Source: a virus
Length of the DNA stretch: 64,000 nucleotides
Virus record (IMG/VR): IMGVR_UViG_3300035670_000022
Location: 32,001 to 96,000 of that record
Reading direction: 5' to 3' (one strand)
Part shown: positions 28,907 through 38,757 of the stretch, piece by piece
Position numbering within the stretch: position 1 is the stretch's first letter
How the letters are laid out: each line of letters begins with the position of its first letter
Translations under genes and position numbers: made by a program
The notes under the pieces: generated by a model
The model's database searches: none
Told to the model about the DNA's origin: nothing
The model's input: only the letters and a program-made list of their open reading frames with translations

Positions 28907-29866
28907 ATGACCGTGTATTCCGATGCCGCTGGAAACAAATACCTGGGCGATTGCCGCTGGGGTAATCATGATATTAATTATCCGACGACTAATTGGTTGA
29001 AGTCTAGAGAATATGAAGTTGGAGATGAATTGTGGTTAACAGAGTTGACTCAATTGGTTATGGCAGCAGGATTTACCAACACAACATATACTATGCCCTA
29101 TATACATGGTAGTCCTAGTAGCTCTTCTATTACGCCTTTCTTTACCTCTACTCCTCCGTTTGTTGGAGCTACTTCTTTTACTTTAGGAAGAGGATGGGCT
29201 CAACGTGCTGTTACTTTTCAGAATAGTATTATAGGCAGTTTTCCAAACACATCACAAAATGATGCTTCGGCTTTTTTAGGGACTCATTTTTACTTTAGTG
29301 GTTGCGCTAGTGAGTATGGGCTTCATTTTATATTGCATTCAATAAATACAAATAAAACCCCTAGAACTTTAGGGATTATGACTTTTACTAAATTATTGGA
29401 TGTCAACCCTAACTTTAATTACTATAATGCCACTGTCAACAATCATATTATTTGGATAAGTTTTACGCATGGAACTACTTATGGCGGAATTTTAAGAGAT
29501 ATATCTCTTGACGTAGGAGGAGGTGGGGGTACAGGAACTCTTGGTTATTATCGTCATTACATAGTAAATACCTCAAAAAGTTTATTGCTGACGGATGCAG
29601 CCGCATACACCATTTCTTGTTCCGATGGACAAACCCCTGGCAGTCAATGGGCGACAGATATGTGGGTATATGACAACAACGTCACTTTTGGTTATCCGGT
29701 AATCGGTAGGGTTCCTAACATGCTGTTGGGAGTTGGAGACTATACCTACTTAAAGCCAGTTAAGATTCAAGGAACTGCGTTCCCAGACAACGGTAGCCCT
29801 TGGTATCTCCCGGTAGGCACCTTTAGTGGTAAAGTATTATTGATGCGCTGTTATTCTTCGATGTAG
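28907..29866 (+). CDS. Putative receptor-binding/tail-tip protein, paralog 3
   Basis: Same RBS. MTVYSDA..NK.LG.C.WGNHDINY and QWATDM...GYP.IGRVPNMLLGVG..TYLKPV...LLMRCYS shared with paralog 2. Confidence 0.7.
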   Translation: MTVYSDAAGNKYLGDCRWGNHDINYPTTNWLKSREYEVGDELWLTELTQLVMAAGFTNTTYTMPYIHGSPSSSSITPFFTSTPPFVGATSFTLGRGWAQRAVTFQNSIIGSFPNTSQNDASAFLGTHFYFSGCASEYGLHFILHSINTNKTPRTLGIMTFTKLLDVNPNFNYYNATVNNHIIWISFTHGTTYGGILRDISLDVGGGGGTGTLGYYRHYIVNTSKSLLLTDAAAYTISCSDGQTPGSQWATDMWVYDNNVTFGYPVIGRVPNMLLGVGDYTYLKPVKIQGTAFPDNGSPWYLPVGTFSGKVLLMRCYSSM

Positions 29867-29879
29867 CTGAAGCTATTGT

Positions 29880-30431
29880 TTAGCTCTTGTCATTCTTGTT
29901 AGCCCGGCAAAATAGATTCACTCTAACTGGGTCTTTTAGATACGCAGTCAAGATGGAAGACACTTCTGCGTTGATACTTTCTATGATTGACTCTAACTTT
30001 GTCTCTTGAACTTCAATGCGCGTGTTGATTTTTCCTATCTCTTCTGTAATATAATCTAGCTCCTGTTTTAGTTCTTTGTCTTCTAACTTACCCTGCTTCA
30101 GCTCGTTTACTAGGGTCTGCAGCGCGTATTGAAGTGGCTTTAGACGCTCGTCTATCATTTCTCGACGTTCTAGCTCTATCTCTCTAATTGTGTTGTTTAA
30201 TGAGTCGACGATCTCTTCTTTGAAGAGTCTTCTGCCTAGTTCTTGGTCTTTACGCACGTAGTCTTTTAAAATCCAGGCTAACGCCCCTCCTATGGGAATA
30301 CCTAAAGTGACTATAACTTCCGGCGTATTGAATCTGTTTAACCAGCTGTTCTGGCTGCTTTTAGACTCTTGAGAAAGAATAACGGTCGGGAAGATTAGCG
30401 CTAAAACAATAGACAGTAGCAGGATACGCAT
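29880..30431 (-). CDS. Membrane protein with two hydrophobic segments and a coiled coil (possibly holin/spanin-like)
   Basis: MRILLLSIVLALIFPTVILS and VIVTLGIPIGGALAWIL, then a heptad region. Confidence 0.55.
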   Translation of the reverse strand: MRILLLSIVLALIFPTVILSQESKSSQNSWLNRFNTPEVIVTLGIPIGGALAWILKDYVRKDQELGRRLFKEEIVDSLNNTIREIELERREMIDERLKPLQYALQTLVNELKQGKLEDKELKQELDYITEEIGKINTRIEVQETKLESIIESINAEVSSILTAYLKDPVRVNLFCRANKNDKS

Positions 30432-30484
30432 TGTAAGAGTCCTTAGCAAGATGTTCTTAATCCAGCTTAGGTGTTTAGCGACTA

Positions 30485-31639
30485 TTAGCTGAGAGTCAGA
30501 GTAAAGGCTCCGCTGGTGGCAAACTGCATTCTATAGATTCTGTACGTAACAGACGCCCCTAAACGTGTCTCTGTCGTCTCTGTAACCGATGCCATTACTG
30601 CGTCAATGTTGTTGACTTTGAAGGTGTTGTAGGCGCTGTAAGATGTGGGTAGAAAAATGTGTAAGTACGCGTCGTTATCCGTGATAGGTTTTGTCACTGA
30701 TGTAGGTCTATATAAACCATCTCCTATAAGAGTCAACTCAGCAACAGATGTGACAGGAGCGTCCGCCCAACCCCAAAACGCTCTATGGGCCCACTTCACA
30801 GTGTGAGTATCCCCCAGGTATTCATCCCCGTTAGTGTTTCTTACCACTGCAGACCACGTGCGGGTGGCAGGTGTCAAATAAATATTCGGCTCGGCTGTGT
30901 AGGAAGAGAGTTGATACGCAAAAGTCGTTCCTAACGTTATCTGCGAAGACACTGCTACATTGTCTTCTTCGAAGACACAATAAGATAGATTGTTTGAGAA
31001 CGTAGAGGTGAAACTTAACTCCACATCTGTGTCTACTTCTAGAGCAGCGGCGCCTACTTCTACTGTTGTCGGTAGATTCGTTATCAGCGTGACAACTGGG
31101 TTCACATACGGATAAAGCAGTTTATCTAACACTTCCGTAATCGGAATGTTGTCGAAGGTCTCCCCTGCGCTTATACCCCCTACAGGTAAAGGTACCTCGT
31201 CCGTATTATTATACGTCTCCTGGACAAGTTCGAATAAAGCAGTCCAGGTGCCACTTTGTCTGTTATTAGAGACGTATATGCCTCCCTTGCGGAGACTTAG
31301 TCCTTCAATGTTAAGAGTGAGTTCGTGCCCGTCAGGCGTGGTTAAACTCTCACTGATTCCCGTGTTGTCTTGAATGTGTATCTTGTAGTCTTTTGTCGTA
31401 AACGCTGTGGCAAACGGTACTTCTCTGTTTAGACGCGCTTTTATCTGCGTGTACAACACATCTAGCAACTCTAGAAATTCAGATACAGTCTCTACCCGTA
31501 GGTACTCCTCCGCTTCTAGGGCAGATTCGACAATATCTAACAGCAGCGTCTGCATTACGCTGGCAGTAATCAGATGTTTCTTATTGTCTAAAACCTGCCG
31601 AACGATGGTCAGCTGTAGGTCATTAAGCGGTCTAAGCAT
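30485..31639 (-). CDS. Virion structural protein
   Basis: VGGISAGETF...LDKLLYPYVNP motif, beta-rich C-terminus. Confidence 0.65.
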   Translation of the reverse strand: MLRPLNDLQLTIVRQVLDNKKHLITASVMQTLLLDIVESALEAEEYLRVETVSEFLELLDVLYTQIKARLNREVPFATAFTTKDYKIHIQDNTGISESLTTPDGHELTLNIEGLSLRKGGIYVSNNRQSGTWTALFELVQETYNNTDEVPLPVGGISAGETFDNIPITEVLDKLLYPYVNPVVTLITNLPTTVEVGAAALEVDTDVELSFTSTFSNNLSYCVFEEDNVAVSSQITLGTTFAYQLSSYTAEPNIYLTPATRTWSAVVRNTNGDEYLGDTHTVKWAHRAFWGWADAPVTSVAELTLIGDGLYRPTSVTKPITDNDAYLHIFLPTSYSAYNTFKVNNIDAVMASVTETTETRLGASVTYRIYRMQFATSGAFTLTLS

Positions 31640-31661
31640 AAGAGTAAAAGAGAGGGCTAAG

Positions 31662-32369
31662 TTAGATTCTGTGTCGTTTACGCATCAGACCTGTTAATTC
31701 TTTGTCCCATAGATACTCCAATAGACGTTTGGAGAGCTCCGGCGACAGGGGAATCTTATCTAGGCTGCGATAAGTCACAATTTCATACAGATCCTGGAAG
31801 GTATAACTGGGTGACTTATCTTCGTAAATTATCTCTTCTGTCTCCGGTAGCCCCTCAAAAGATACCTCGTCTAAGTCCTCTTTAGTGTCCTCGACGTAAC
31901 ACTCTAAATAGTCGATCGTGTCGTCGATGGTCTCTTGACTGAGATGCTCCCCATTTACAGCAACGAAAAATAGATAGTTAGCTCCCAAGGCATAGCGCGC
32001 CTCTTGGTGTAGCTCGTTGCTCTTGTTGTGGCAGTAAAGGTGGGCGTCTTCTGTACAGAAAACAACCAGAATACCACTATCAGTAAGCGCAGCATGTTTA
32101 AGTTGCTTTGCCAGGGGCGGGTGGTTCTTTGAAAGAGTCTCCATAAATGACTTAAGTGTTATAGATAGCAACTCAGTCTTAGAACTACTCTTACTGTCTT
32201 TCTTTGACTCATACTTGCCTTTGCCCTCTATGAAGTCTTCTTCGTCGGCTGTTAGCCCTTCTTCAGGTGCGGCGCTGTTAATAAGAGCAGAAGACTCCGG
32301 AGGCTTAAAGGATATGTTTACATTGACGGTCTCTAACAGCGTACAGATCCCTTTAAATAGGTCATCCAT
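31662..32369 (-). CDS. Hypothetical protein
   Basis: 235-aa ORF preceded by AGGAG. Confidence 0.7.
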   Translation of the reverse strand: MDDLFKGICTLLETVNVNISFKPPESSALINSAAPEEGLTADEEDFIEGKGKYESKKDSKSSSKTELLSITLKSFMETLSKNHPPLAKQLKHAALTDSGILVVFCTEDAHLYCHNKSNELHQEARYALGANYLFFVAVNGEHLSQETIDDTIDYLECYVEDTKEDLDEVSFEGLPETEEIIYEDKSPSYTFQDLYEIVTYRSLDKIPLSPELSKRLLEYLWDKELTGLMRKRHRI

Positions 32370-32410
32370 TGATTCTGCTCCTAGATGCTTTTAAGACCAG
32401 CTTACCTAGT

Positions 32411-32427
32411 TTCTGAACGGTTCAGAA
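32411..32427. promoter_or_regulatory. 17-bp palindrome TTCTGAACnGTTCAGAA, copy 1
   Basis: Arms extend to 11 bp (32408-32430); same element at 38154 and 54613. Confidence 0.55.
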
Positions 32428-33786
32428 ACTGAAGCGGCTTTCTGCCTCCATAGATAGGGTAGACCGCACATTCTTCTGAAGGCTGATATGCCCATAGACT
32501 TCACTCCCTTTCCACCTGTCTATCGTTACACTCAGCCCGTTTGAATGCTCGTCTAAAAAACGCGGCGATACACAGTCTATCTGCTTCACATCTCCCTCTA
32601 GCACAACCTTGGCATGTGTCCCCGCTCGCGTGACTAATGTCTTGATGATAGATGGATGGCAGTTCTGCGCCTCTGTCATCACAATATATGAGTCGTAAGT
32701 CGTCCCCCGTACATAGGCTAAGGTCTCCGGAACTACAATCCCTGTCGATAAATAATACTCGTAGGGCTTGTTAATACTCCCGTCTAAGTTCGGTTGGTGA
32801 CTCTTCGCTATCTTATTTAAACAGTGATAGATCCCCTTTAACCACGGATCCTGTTTCTCTTGTAACGGCCCGGGTAACCAAGGCTGCTTCTCTCCCCCAA
32901 CAGCTACCTCCTGTCTCGTTACAATAACACTCTCGTAAACTGAATCCGTTGTCTGCTGTATCCCCGCCGCTAAACTCATCATCGTCTTGCCTGACCCCGT
33001 AGACCCATTAATCGTTACTAACTTGATGTCCGGGTCCAATAGCAAATGCATCGCATACCGCTGCTCACTATTCAACGGCTTCACTCCACACAATCTTGCT
33101 CCCTTAAATGACTTGATTAGAGAAAAGTACTTCGCGTCTCTGCTGATGATACACAACGCCGACTGCTTCGGGTCTGAATCGGAAATTAACGTTAAACATT
33201 GATTCGGATACAACCCCTGCGTATTGTCAAATATCTCTAGCAACGAGTAAATACCCCTCTCCCCCGTCTTATGCCCAGAGTAGATGTCGTCGATTAAATC
33301 CGCCGGGGCTAACGTCTCTATATGCCCGCTGTAATCATTCTTAACTAAGTCATGCTCATACGTCGCATTGTCTATCCCTAACGTCTCCGCTTTGATTCGT
33401 AAATAATTATCCTTACTCACTACTACACCACTATACTGCTCCGCTAACTTCAATAGATAGTCATCTACCTCCACCCCACAGTCCTCTACACTCCCCGGTC
33501 TCTCGATTACTAAAATCCCCCCATACGCGTTAAGCGGTATCCCCTCCCCTAAATCTCCCCCTAAATCTCCCCCTAAATCTCCCCCTCTTCTATGCTGCAC
33601 ACATAAATTTAAAATCGTTCTCGCAACTTGCCTCGAATGCTTACCTATTAGCCCCGGCTCCGTCTTCTTCCTGTCTAACTCCTTAATCACCCCTAAACAA
33701 AGAACGATCCGGTTATCCCCAAAGGCAAAGATAGAATCCGGATCGTGTAACAAGACGTTCGTGTCGAGAATAAACGTTTTAGACAT
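32422..33786 (-). CDS. phoH: PIN-PhoH (PhoH2-type) protein
   Basis: PIN: FILDTNVLLHDP, ELDRKK, VSKD..LRIKA. PhoH: GSTGSGKT, RGTT, EAQN, TRAG...GDVKQID, NGLS. Confidence 0.92.
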   Translation of the reverse strand: MSKTFILDTNVLLHDPDSIFAFGDNRIVLCLGVIKELDRKKTEPGLIGKHSRQVARTILNLCVQHRRGGDLGGDLGGDLGEGIPLNAYGGILVIERPGSVEDCGVEVDDYLLKLAEQYSGVVVSKDNYLRIKAETLGIDNATYEHDLVKNDYSGHIETLAPADLIDDIYSGHKTGERGIYSLLEIFDNTQGLYPNQCLTLISDSDPKQSALCIISRDAKYFSLIKSFKGARLCGVKPLNSEQRYAMHLLLDPDIKLVTINGSTGSGKTMMSLAAGIQQTTDSVYESVIVTRQEVAVGGEKQPWLPGPLQEKQDPWLKGIYHCLNKIAKSHQPNLDGSINKPYEYYLSTGIVVPETLAYVRGTTYDSYIVMTEAQNCHPSIIKTLVTRAGTHAKVVLEGDVKQIDCVSPRFLDEHSNGLSVTIDRWKGSEVYGHISLQKNVRSTLSMEAESRFSF

Positions 33787-33898
33787 GCTGCACACAACAC
33801 TCTGTTGCTGTTTTAATGTTTTACAAAACGCGCGGCTCTAACCTATAGACAAGATAACCCGCCGCGCTAAAGCTATCTCACTTCTTCACACTACTACT

Positions 33899-34186
33899 CT
33901 ACTCCCCCACACTACTCCCCCACTCTAATGTCTTAGATGGACAAAACTTTAATACCTTCTTCGCCGGAATTACTATCTCTTCCCCCGTATTCGGGTTCCG
34001 CCCCCTCCGCTCCTTTCTGTCCATAACCGTAAATCGACCAAACCCAAGCAGCGTTACTTCCTCCCCCTTCTCTATACAGTTGATGATCTCCTGCAACACT
34101 GCATTCACAGATTCCGCAGCTTTCTTGTTACTCGTGTCCATAGACACCGCTACTCGCTCAGATAATTCCTTCTTTGTGACTTTCAT
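33899..34186 (-). CDS. hup: HU/IHF-family DNA-binding protein
   Basis: TKKEL, V.L.GFG.F, R.GRNP.TGEEI.IPAKKV.KF. Confidence 0.93.
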   Translation of the reverse strand: MKVTKKELSERVAVSMDTSNKKAAESVNAVLQEIINCIEKGEEVTLLGFGRFTVMDRKERRGRNPNTGEEIVIPAKKVLKFCPSKTLEWGSSVGE

Positions 34187-34260
34187 AAATTAATAACCTA
34201 GTTAGATTCGATTCCAGACTTCACAGCCTACAAATAGCTTAACTCACTATCCACACTATC

Positions 34261-34314
34261 TTCTCTCTACTCCACTCTCTACTCTCTACTCCACTCTCTA
34301 CTCCACTCTCTACC
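34261..34314. repeat. Short tandem repeat of CTCTCTACTCCA-like units
   Basis: Seen directly upstream of the HU gene in a ~700-bp non-coding gap. Confidence 0.7.
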
Positions 34315-34860
34315 TCAATACAATATTCATATCACTGTCTTGTGACATCTCTCTTTTTTATGTATATTGGACTGTATAAGCTGATTGTTAAGTTGTAGTT
34401 TACGGAGCAGTACATTGTGTATGGATATGAAAAAATGACCTAGAAATACAGCATAGGCTCGTCAATGAGTTCGTGTATTGATATTGTAGTTTCTTGACTA
34501 TATACCTTACTGAGAAGTGCCTACAGGACGTGGATTACGCTATTGCTGTTTTATTGAACGGTTTTGTTTAACTGAACTCCCGATGGATCGTGTGGGAGGA
34601 TATGGTTTAAGCACAAACTGAACTAGAAAATAGTGAAGATAAAAGGTAGGACAGATGACTTGGTTTTGGAAAGATACGGATTTTCCAGCCTAACATAGCT
34701 TTTAGCTTTTCTAATGATGAGTTTACACAAGAATTTGGAAAATGGCAAGGGGTCTGGGAATATTTTTTTTCTGAGTGTGTTGGGGGGTGACGTAAGAGCC
34801 TATTGGTCCGGCTGTCAGGGGAGATACTTAAGAGAGTTAGGGTTCGGCTGTGGCGTCTTA

Positions 34861-34891
34861 AAAAAGAAAAAAAGGGGAGTCAGAGACTCCC
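34861..34891 (-). terminator. Intrinsic terminator
   Basis: GGGAGTC-tct-GACTCCC followed by a T-run on the minus strand, just after the stop at 34902. Confidence 0.7.
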
Positions 34892-34901
34892 GGACAGAAA
34901 A

Positions 34902-36023
34902 CTAGAAAGAAACTGGGACAAGAATAGAGAGAGAGTTAATGGAGTTACCCGCAGGGAGGGTAGCTCGGTTTAGGGAGTAAGTGATAACCCCGACTATTAG
35001 GAGAGGTATGCAGTAGAGCTTTAAGCAGACAACCGCTTGAGTTATAAGAGAGAACAGTAAGAGGTTGCGATAGACCTTGGTAGACACGATAACACGACCG
35101 CGCCAGAAGGCGAATAGCTTAAAACAGAGAAGTAGGACTAGACCGAACAGTAGGAGTAGGTAGAGAGAGAGAGCTACAGGGAACTCTGAAGTACCTGCGA
35201 GAATTGGTTTAGCTGCGAGTAAGTCACCTAAGGGAGTCTTAGCAGCGATGGTATTGCGGGAGAGTTGGTGAAGAACCCAGCCTTCTGTACAGCCTTCTAT
35301 CAGAGAGTGATAGAGAGACCTACCCTGGTTATTAGGGAAGAAAGCGCTACAGATAGCGCCTACTGAGTAACCGGGCGTGCATAGACAGATAGCAATAGCT
35401 AATAGAAGGGAAAGGATTCTAGGGGGACAATAGCGACTCATCTTTGGGTATACGACTCTATCTTCCATAAGAAGAGCGGGTATAGCTAAACAGGAGATGA
35501 GACCTAATGATTGGTTAGGGAGGTCTTGTGGGAGAATAGCCATAACTGCCAGAAGGCAGACAGACTGAATAATAGTGACGATAATAGCTGCTTTAGCGCT
35601 ACCGCGTTCTGGCATAAATGAGACAGAGAGAGCTGCCAGTCCGGCGGCGAGCACAAAGATAATGGGACCAGTGAAGATAACGGGTTTAGGTATAGGAAGT
35701 ATCCATATAGCTAGGATGCCGAGTATCTTAAGAATCAGAGCCTTCTTCTGGATCTTACTAGAGAAGTCTTGTTGGGGACAGACTGCGGCTAGTTGGGAGT
35801 TGGATAACTCTTCTTTAGAGCCTAGAGTCTGAAGAATCAAACAGCACATATATGTGCAGAATACGAGCACAACGAGGCTCATAGCGGAGAGTTTGAATAG
35901 GTAACCCAGTAGGATTACAAAGGCGCAGGCTACGTAGGGAGAGACCAGCCCATAAAGGGCTAGACTTCCCAAAGTTACGCAGCTACCGAATGCGAGCAGA
36001 GTGGCGAGGAGTAGGGGTAGCAT
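34902..36023 (-). CDS. Polytopic membrane protein
   Basis: 373 aa with about 10 hydrophobic segments. Confidence 0.75.
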   Translation of the reverse strand: MLPLLLATLLAFGSCVTLGSLALYGLVSPYVACAFVILLGYLFKLSAMSLVVLVFCTYMCCLILQTLGSKEELSNSQLAAVCPQQDFSSKIQKKALILKILGILAIWILPIPKPVIFTGPIIFVLAAGLAALSVSFMPERGSAKAAIIVTIIQSVCLLAVMAILPQDLPNQSLGLISCLAIPALLMEDRVVYPKMSRYCPPRILSLLLAIAICLCTPGYSVGAICSAFFPNNQGRSLYHSLIEGCTEGWVLHQLSRNTIAAKTPLGDLLAAKPILAGTSEFPVALSLYLLLLFGLVLLLCFKLFAFWRGRVIVSTKVYRNLLLFSLITQAVVCLKLYCIPLLIVGVITYSLNRATLPAGNSINSLSILVPVSF

Positions 36024-36321
36024 CTTTTTCTGTTCCGTATAGTAAAGTGTTGTCTTTAACTGAGAATGGACCTAGACGAAGAACACCCGCTGGCGGGTCT
36101 CCTTTGACAGTAATGTTGTGTTCTTTGCCTTCATAGTCAGTAGCTTCAATCGTATATGTATAGGGTCCAGGGTCCCGAATGATATTGCCTTCTTTGAAGG
36201 TCCCCCGGGTGCTTGTGTTTTCGAACCCTGTTCGCTTGGCTGCTTCATACCTTGGATTCAGCAAGTTAGCTACGAACAGTAAGGCTAAGGCAGTCACAAT
36301 GAATTGAATGGGTTTATACAT
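35983..36321 (-). CDS. Small exported/membrane-anchored protein
   Basis: N-terminal hydrophobic helix; GGAG upstream. Confidence 0.65.
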   Translation of the reverse strand: MYKPIQFIVTALALLFVANLLNPRYEAAKRTGFENTSTRGTFKEGNIIRDPGPYTYTIEATDYEGKEHNITVKGDPPAGVLRLGPFSVKDNTLLYGTEKDATPTPRHSARIR

Positions 36322-36431
36322 GGTTTAGTAGTACTCCAAAATTCAGGATTTTTTCTTTAGAGAGGTACCTATTTGTTAAAACAAGTCTCTCAAACTCTTT
36401 TTAGCTTCCATTTCCTCAAGTACTATTCTGT

Positions 36432-36692
36432 CTATTTACAGATAGTATCTGGACCGGAGATGAGTAGTTTATTAAACAGACCGGGTTTGGTGCATTCCAT
36501 TTTGAGACCGTCGACGTTGGTTGACGTAGTGCGTGGAGTAAGGTCTAGGGAGACATTACGTAGCGAAGCACCTCCGCGTTGATAACGCAGAGACTCTTCT
36601 AAGGAGTCTGGAGTAGCAAAAGACATCAGGGTATGTAACCCTGCGATGAGGTTGATAGCAATAACGACGGGAGTCAGAGAAGAGCCTTTCAT
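36432..36692 (-). CDS. Small membrane-anchored protein
   Basis: 86 aa; directly downstream of the motif at 36717. Confidence 0.6.
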   Translation of the reverse strand: MKGSSLTPVVIAINLIAGLHTLMSFATPDSLEESLRYQRGGASLRNVSLDLTPRTTSTNVDGLKMECTKPGLFNKLLISGPDTICK

Positions 36693-36716
36693 AGGTAGAT
36701 ACCTGTTGATTGCTTT

Positions 36717-36730
36717 TACTCTTCTCTGTT
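36717..36730 (-). promoter_or_regulatory. Putative phage promoter AACAGAGAAGAGTA
   Basis: Exact copy, intergenic. Confidence 0.75.
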
Positions 36731-36737
36731 TAAGTCG

Positions 36738-37226
36738 TTACCTGGTCAAATAGTCGGGGAGTTTATAGGGAGTCTTTCTAGGTTTACTGTATGCTGTGCG
36801 ACACAGCATATCAGCAAGCAGATTGCACTTTCTGGGTATCCAATACATCTCTGGGTTAATCTTTTGAGCTGTAAGGATACTGAGTCCAGTTTTTGCAATT
36901 GACGATAGGAAAGCGGTACGCTGACATTTCGTCACGGAGCTGCCCCGTATGTGTCTAAATAGCACTTGGGAGTCTCCGTAAAATCGGATGATAGACAACT
37001 CGGGGAGTTGTTTTAGTTGGGAGATGACTGTATCTAGGGCTAAGATAAATGCCATCTGTTCTGCCTCGCCAGAGCGCTGGACGGAGAGGTGCTCCCTTCT
37101 TAATAAGAAGGGAGACTTATCTTTCAGGTACAGAACACAGGATGCTGTTGCTCTTTTGTAATCTGGAAGTGATGATCCGTCGAACTTGACGTACAGAACG
37201 GGCGTCTCGACGTCGTTTAACTGCAC
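36738..37226 (-). CDS. rnhA: RNase H (RNase HI-like)
   Basis: FDGS, AEQMA, GDSQV and WIPRKCNLLAD catalytic pattern. Confidence 0.8.
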   Translation of the reverse strand: MQLNDVETPVLYVKFDGSSLPDYKRATASCVLYLKDKSPFLLRREHLSVQRSGEAEQMAFILALDTVISQLKQLPELSIIRFYGDSQVLFRHIRGSSVTKCQRTAFLSSIAKTGLSILTAQKINPEMYWIPRKCNLLADMLCRTAYSKPRKTPYKLPDYLTR

Positions 37227-37795
37227 GGGGATTCACTAGGGGTAGGTGGTTTCTGAGTAAGGGGAGTAGATGCTACAGGAACAGAGTCCTGCACAGCGAT
37301 AGGTACATAATTTAGACGACATAGCGTCGCATTAGACAATCGCCAGATCTTACGACTATTCTCCCAGTTAGGCGGCGCAGAGCGCATATGTAAACCATCT
37401 ACCTTCCGGTATTTAGGCGTTAACTCCAGGTTATTTACAAGAAACTCGAGTTCCACCTGACTATCGAAATTCACTACTAAACTACCTATTTGGGTAATTA
37501 ATTGTAGAACCTTGCTGTCCGGCAGCTTTGGATAACTCATTGTCGAACCATCTTCAAGACGGCACCCACAGATATACTCCGCTAGAAGAGAGTTATATGT
37601 AGTCCCGTCATCGTCTACCTCAATGCAGTCAAGCACCCGCTCCGGCGTTTCTAGGTCAGTAAAGTGTGTTAACAACACCCGTAACTGAAGGGGTTGTACA
37701 TCTTGACCTAAACTGTGACAGAGCCCGGCTTTAAGTCGAGCTGATTTCACAACAGAGATTTCTGTTACGGTGCCTGTATAGATAAACAGAGACAT
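37217..37795 (-). CDS. Hypothetical protein
   Basis: 192 aa, downstream of two motif copies. Confidence 0.7.
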   Translation of the reverse strand: MSLFIYTGTVTEISVVKSARLKAGLCHSLGQDVQPLQLRVLLTHFTDLETPERVLDCIEVDDDGTTYNSLLAEYICGCRLEDGSTMSYPKLPDSKVLQLITQIGSLVVNFDSQVELEFLVNNLELTPKYRKVDGLHMRSAPPNWENSRKIWRLSNATLCRLNYVPIAVQDSVPVASTPLTQKPPTPSESPCS

Positions 37796-37841
37796 AGTAT
37801 CTCAAGGCGGTGTCGCCCTGTATAGTTTTTCTTTTGTCTTT

Positions 37842-37855
37842 TACTCTTCTCTGTT
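37842..37855 (-). promoter_or_regulatory. Putative phage promoter AACAGAGAAGAGTA (1-mismatch copy at 37897-37910)
   Basis: Exact copy; shares 25 nt of context with the copy at 5656. Confidence 0.75.
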
Positions 37856-38153
37856 TGACTAGACACCCTAGATATCCCCTAACCACCCGTTCAGCGTACT
37901 TTTCTCTGTTTTTAAAAAAGGCTAATAAAAAGCCCTCTTATTTTGAGGGCTAACTTGAACGGGTCTTTATCTGCGTGTTAAAATTAACATACACTTCTAG
38001 AAATCTAATATGTGAAAAGTTGTCTATTGACAGTAGACAACTTCTGTACAGAATTATAGCATCGAGTAAAGAGACAAAGCAGTGAAGCTCCTCAGTAATA
38101 GGGGAGCTTCTTGTTTGGGAAAGGAAGAGTCTCTATTACGTAACTCAAAAGAT

Positions 38154-38170
38154 TTCTGAACCGTTCAGAA
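38154..38170. promoter_or_regulatory. 17-bp palindrome TTCTGAACnGTTCAGAA, copy 2
   Basis: Intergenic, just upstream of a TATACT -10-like hexamer. Confidence 0.55.
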
Positions 38171-38218
38171 TTTTACTTGCTTTGTTGGTTTTGTGTATAC
38201 TCTATTTAGACGTAGCAA

Positions 38219-38382
38219 CTGCTTTGTCGAAGTCTCCCAAATGTCAAGGTTATGACCTACGGGCCCGCTGTCGAATTCATCGGAGACTGGAACAAAGAGT
38301 AGGCGCTGAGTCTAGCCTAGATTCTGTAACACTAAAGATTTCCGTCGCACTGGTTGAGAAAGCGATTAGAGCTAAGTGTTAA
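38219..38382. ncRNA. Candidate ~170-nt structured RNA
   Basis: Nested stems CTTTGT..AGTCTCC/GGAGACT..ACAAAG, GAGTCTAG/CTAGATTC and TAACACT..TCGC/GCGA..AGTGTTA; strand uncertain. Confidence 0.35.
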
Positions 38383-38496
38383 AGAAAGTAAGCAACCCAG
38401 TCGATACCCTCTAAATACAGCAAATGCTGAAGACCGTTTAAGAAACGGTCTAAGAAAGCGACCAACCAATTAGGGTTGAGTCGGTTTTGTTGTATC

Positions 38497-38757
38497 TCAT
38501 CCTCTATATCTTTTAAGAGGACGAGGTAATCTATCGTGTTTCCATTGTTGTTTGGTTTCATATAGAGCGGCGATACAAATATCGTCGTAGGGTTCAGGAA
38601 CGTCTCCGAAGAGAGCCCGGTTCCCTAAATTGATTTTGAAGTCAAAGACATCGTCACTGACGATGTCTTTTAGCATAGCTTTTTGCACTTTATGCGGATG
38701 GTTTGCTTGAGTACGCAAACACATCCCGCTGTGGTATTTGCGGATAGTTCTAGCCAT
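38497..38757 (-). CDS. Small basic hypothetical protein
   Basis: MARTIRK start after GAGG. Confidence 0.6.
   Translation of the reverse strand: MARTIRKYHSGMCLRTQANHPHKVQKAMLKDIVSDDVFDFKINLGNRALFGDVPEPYDDICIAALYETKQQWKHDRLPRPLKRYRG

Noticed and set aside
27024-29866. Diversity-generating retroelement or shufflon acting on the paralogs
   Set aside because: No reverse transcriptase, no adenine-specific TR/VR pair and no invertase or inverted crossover sites seen in this window.
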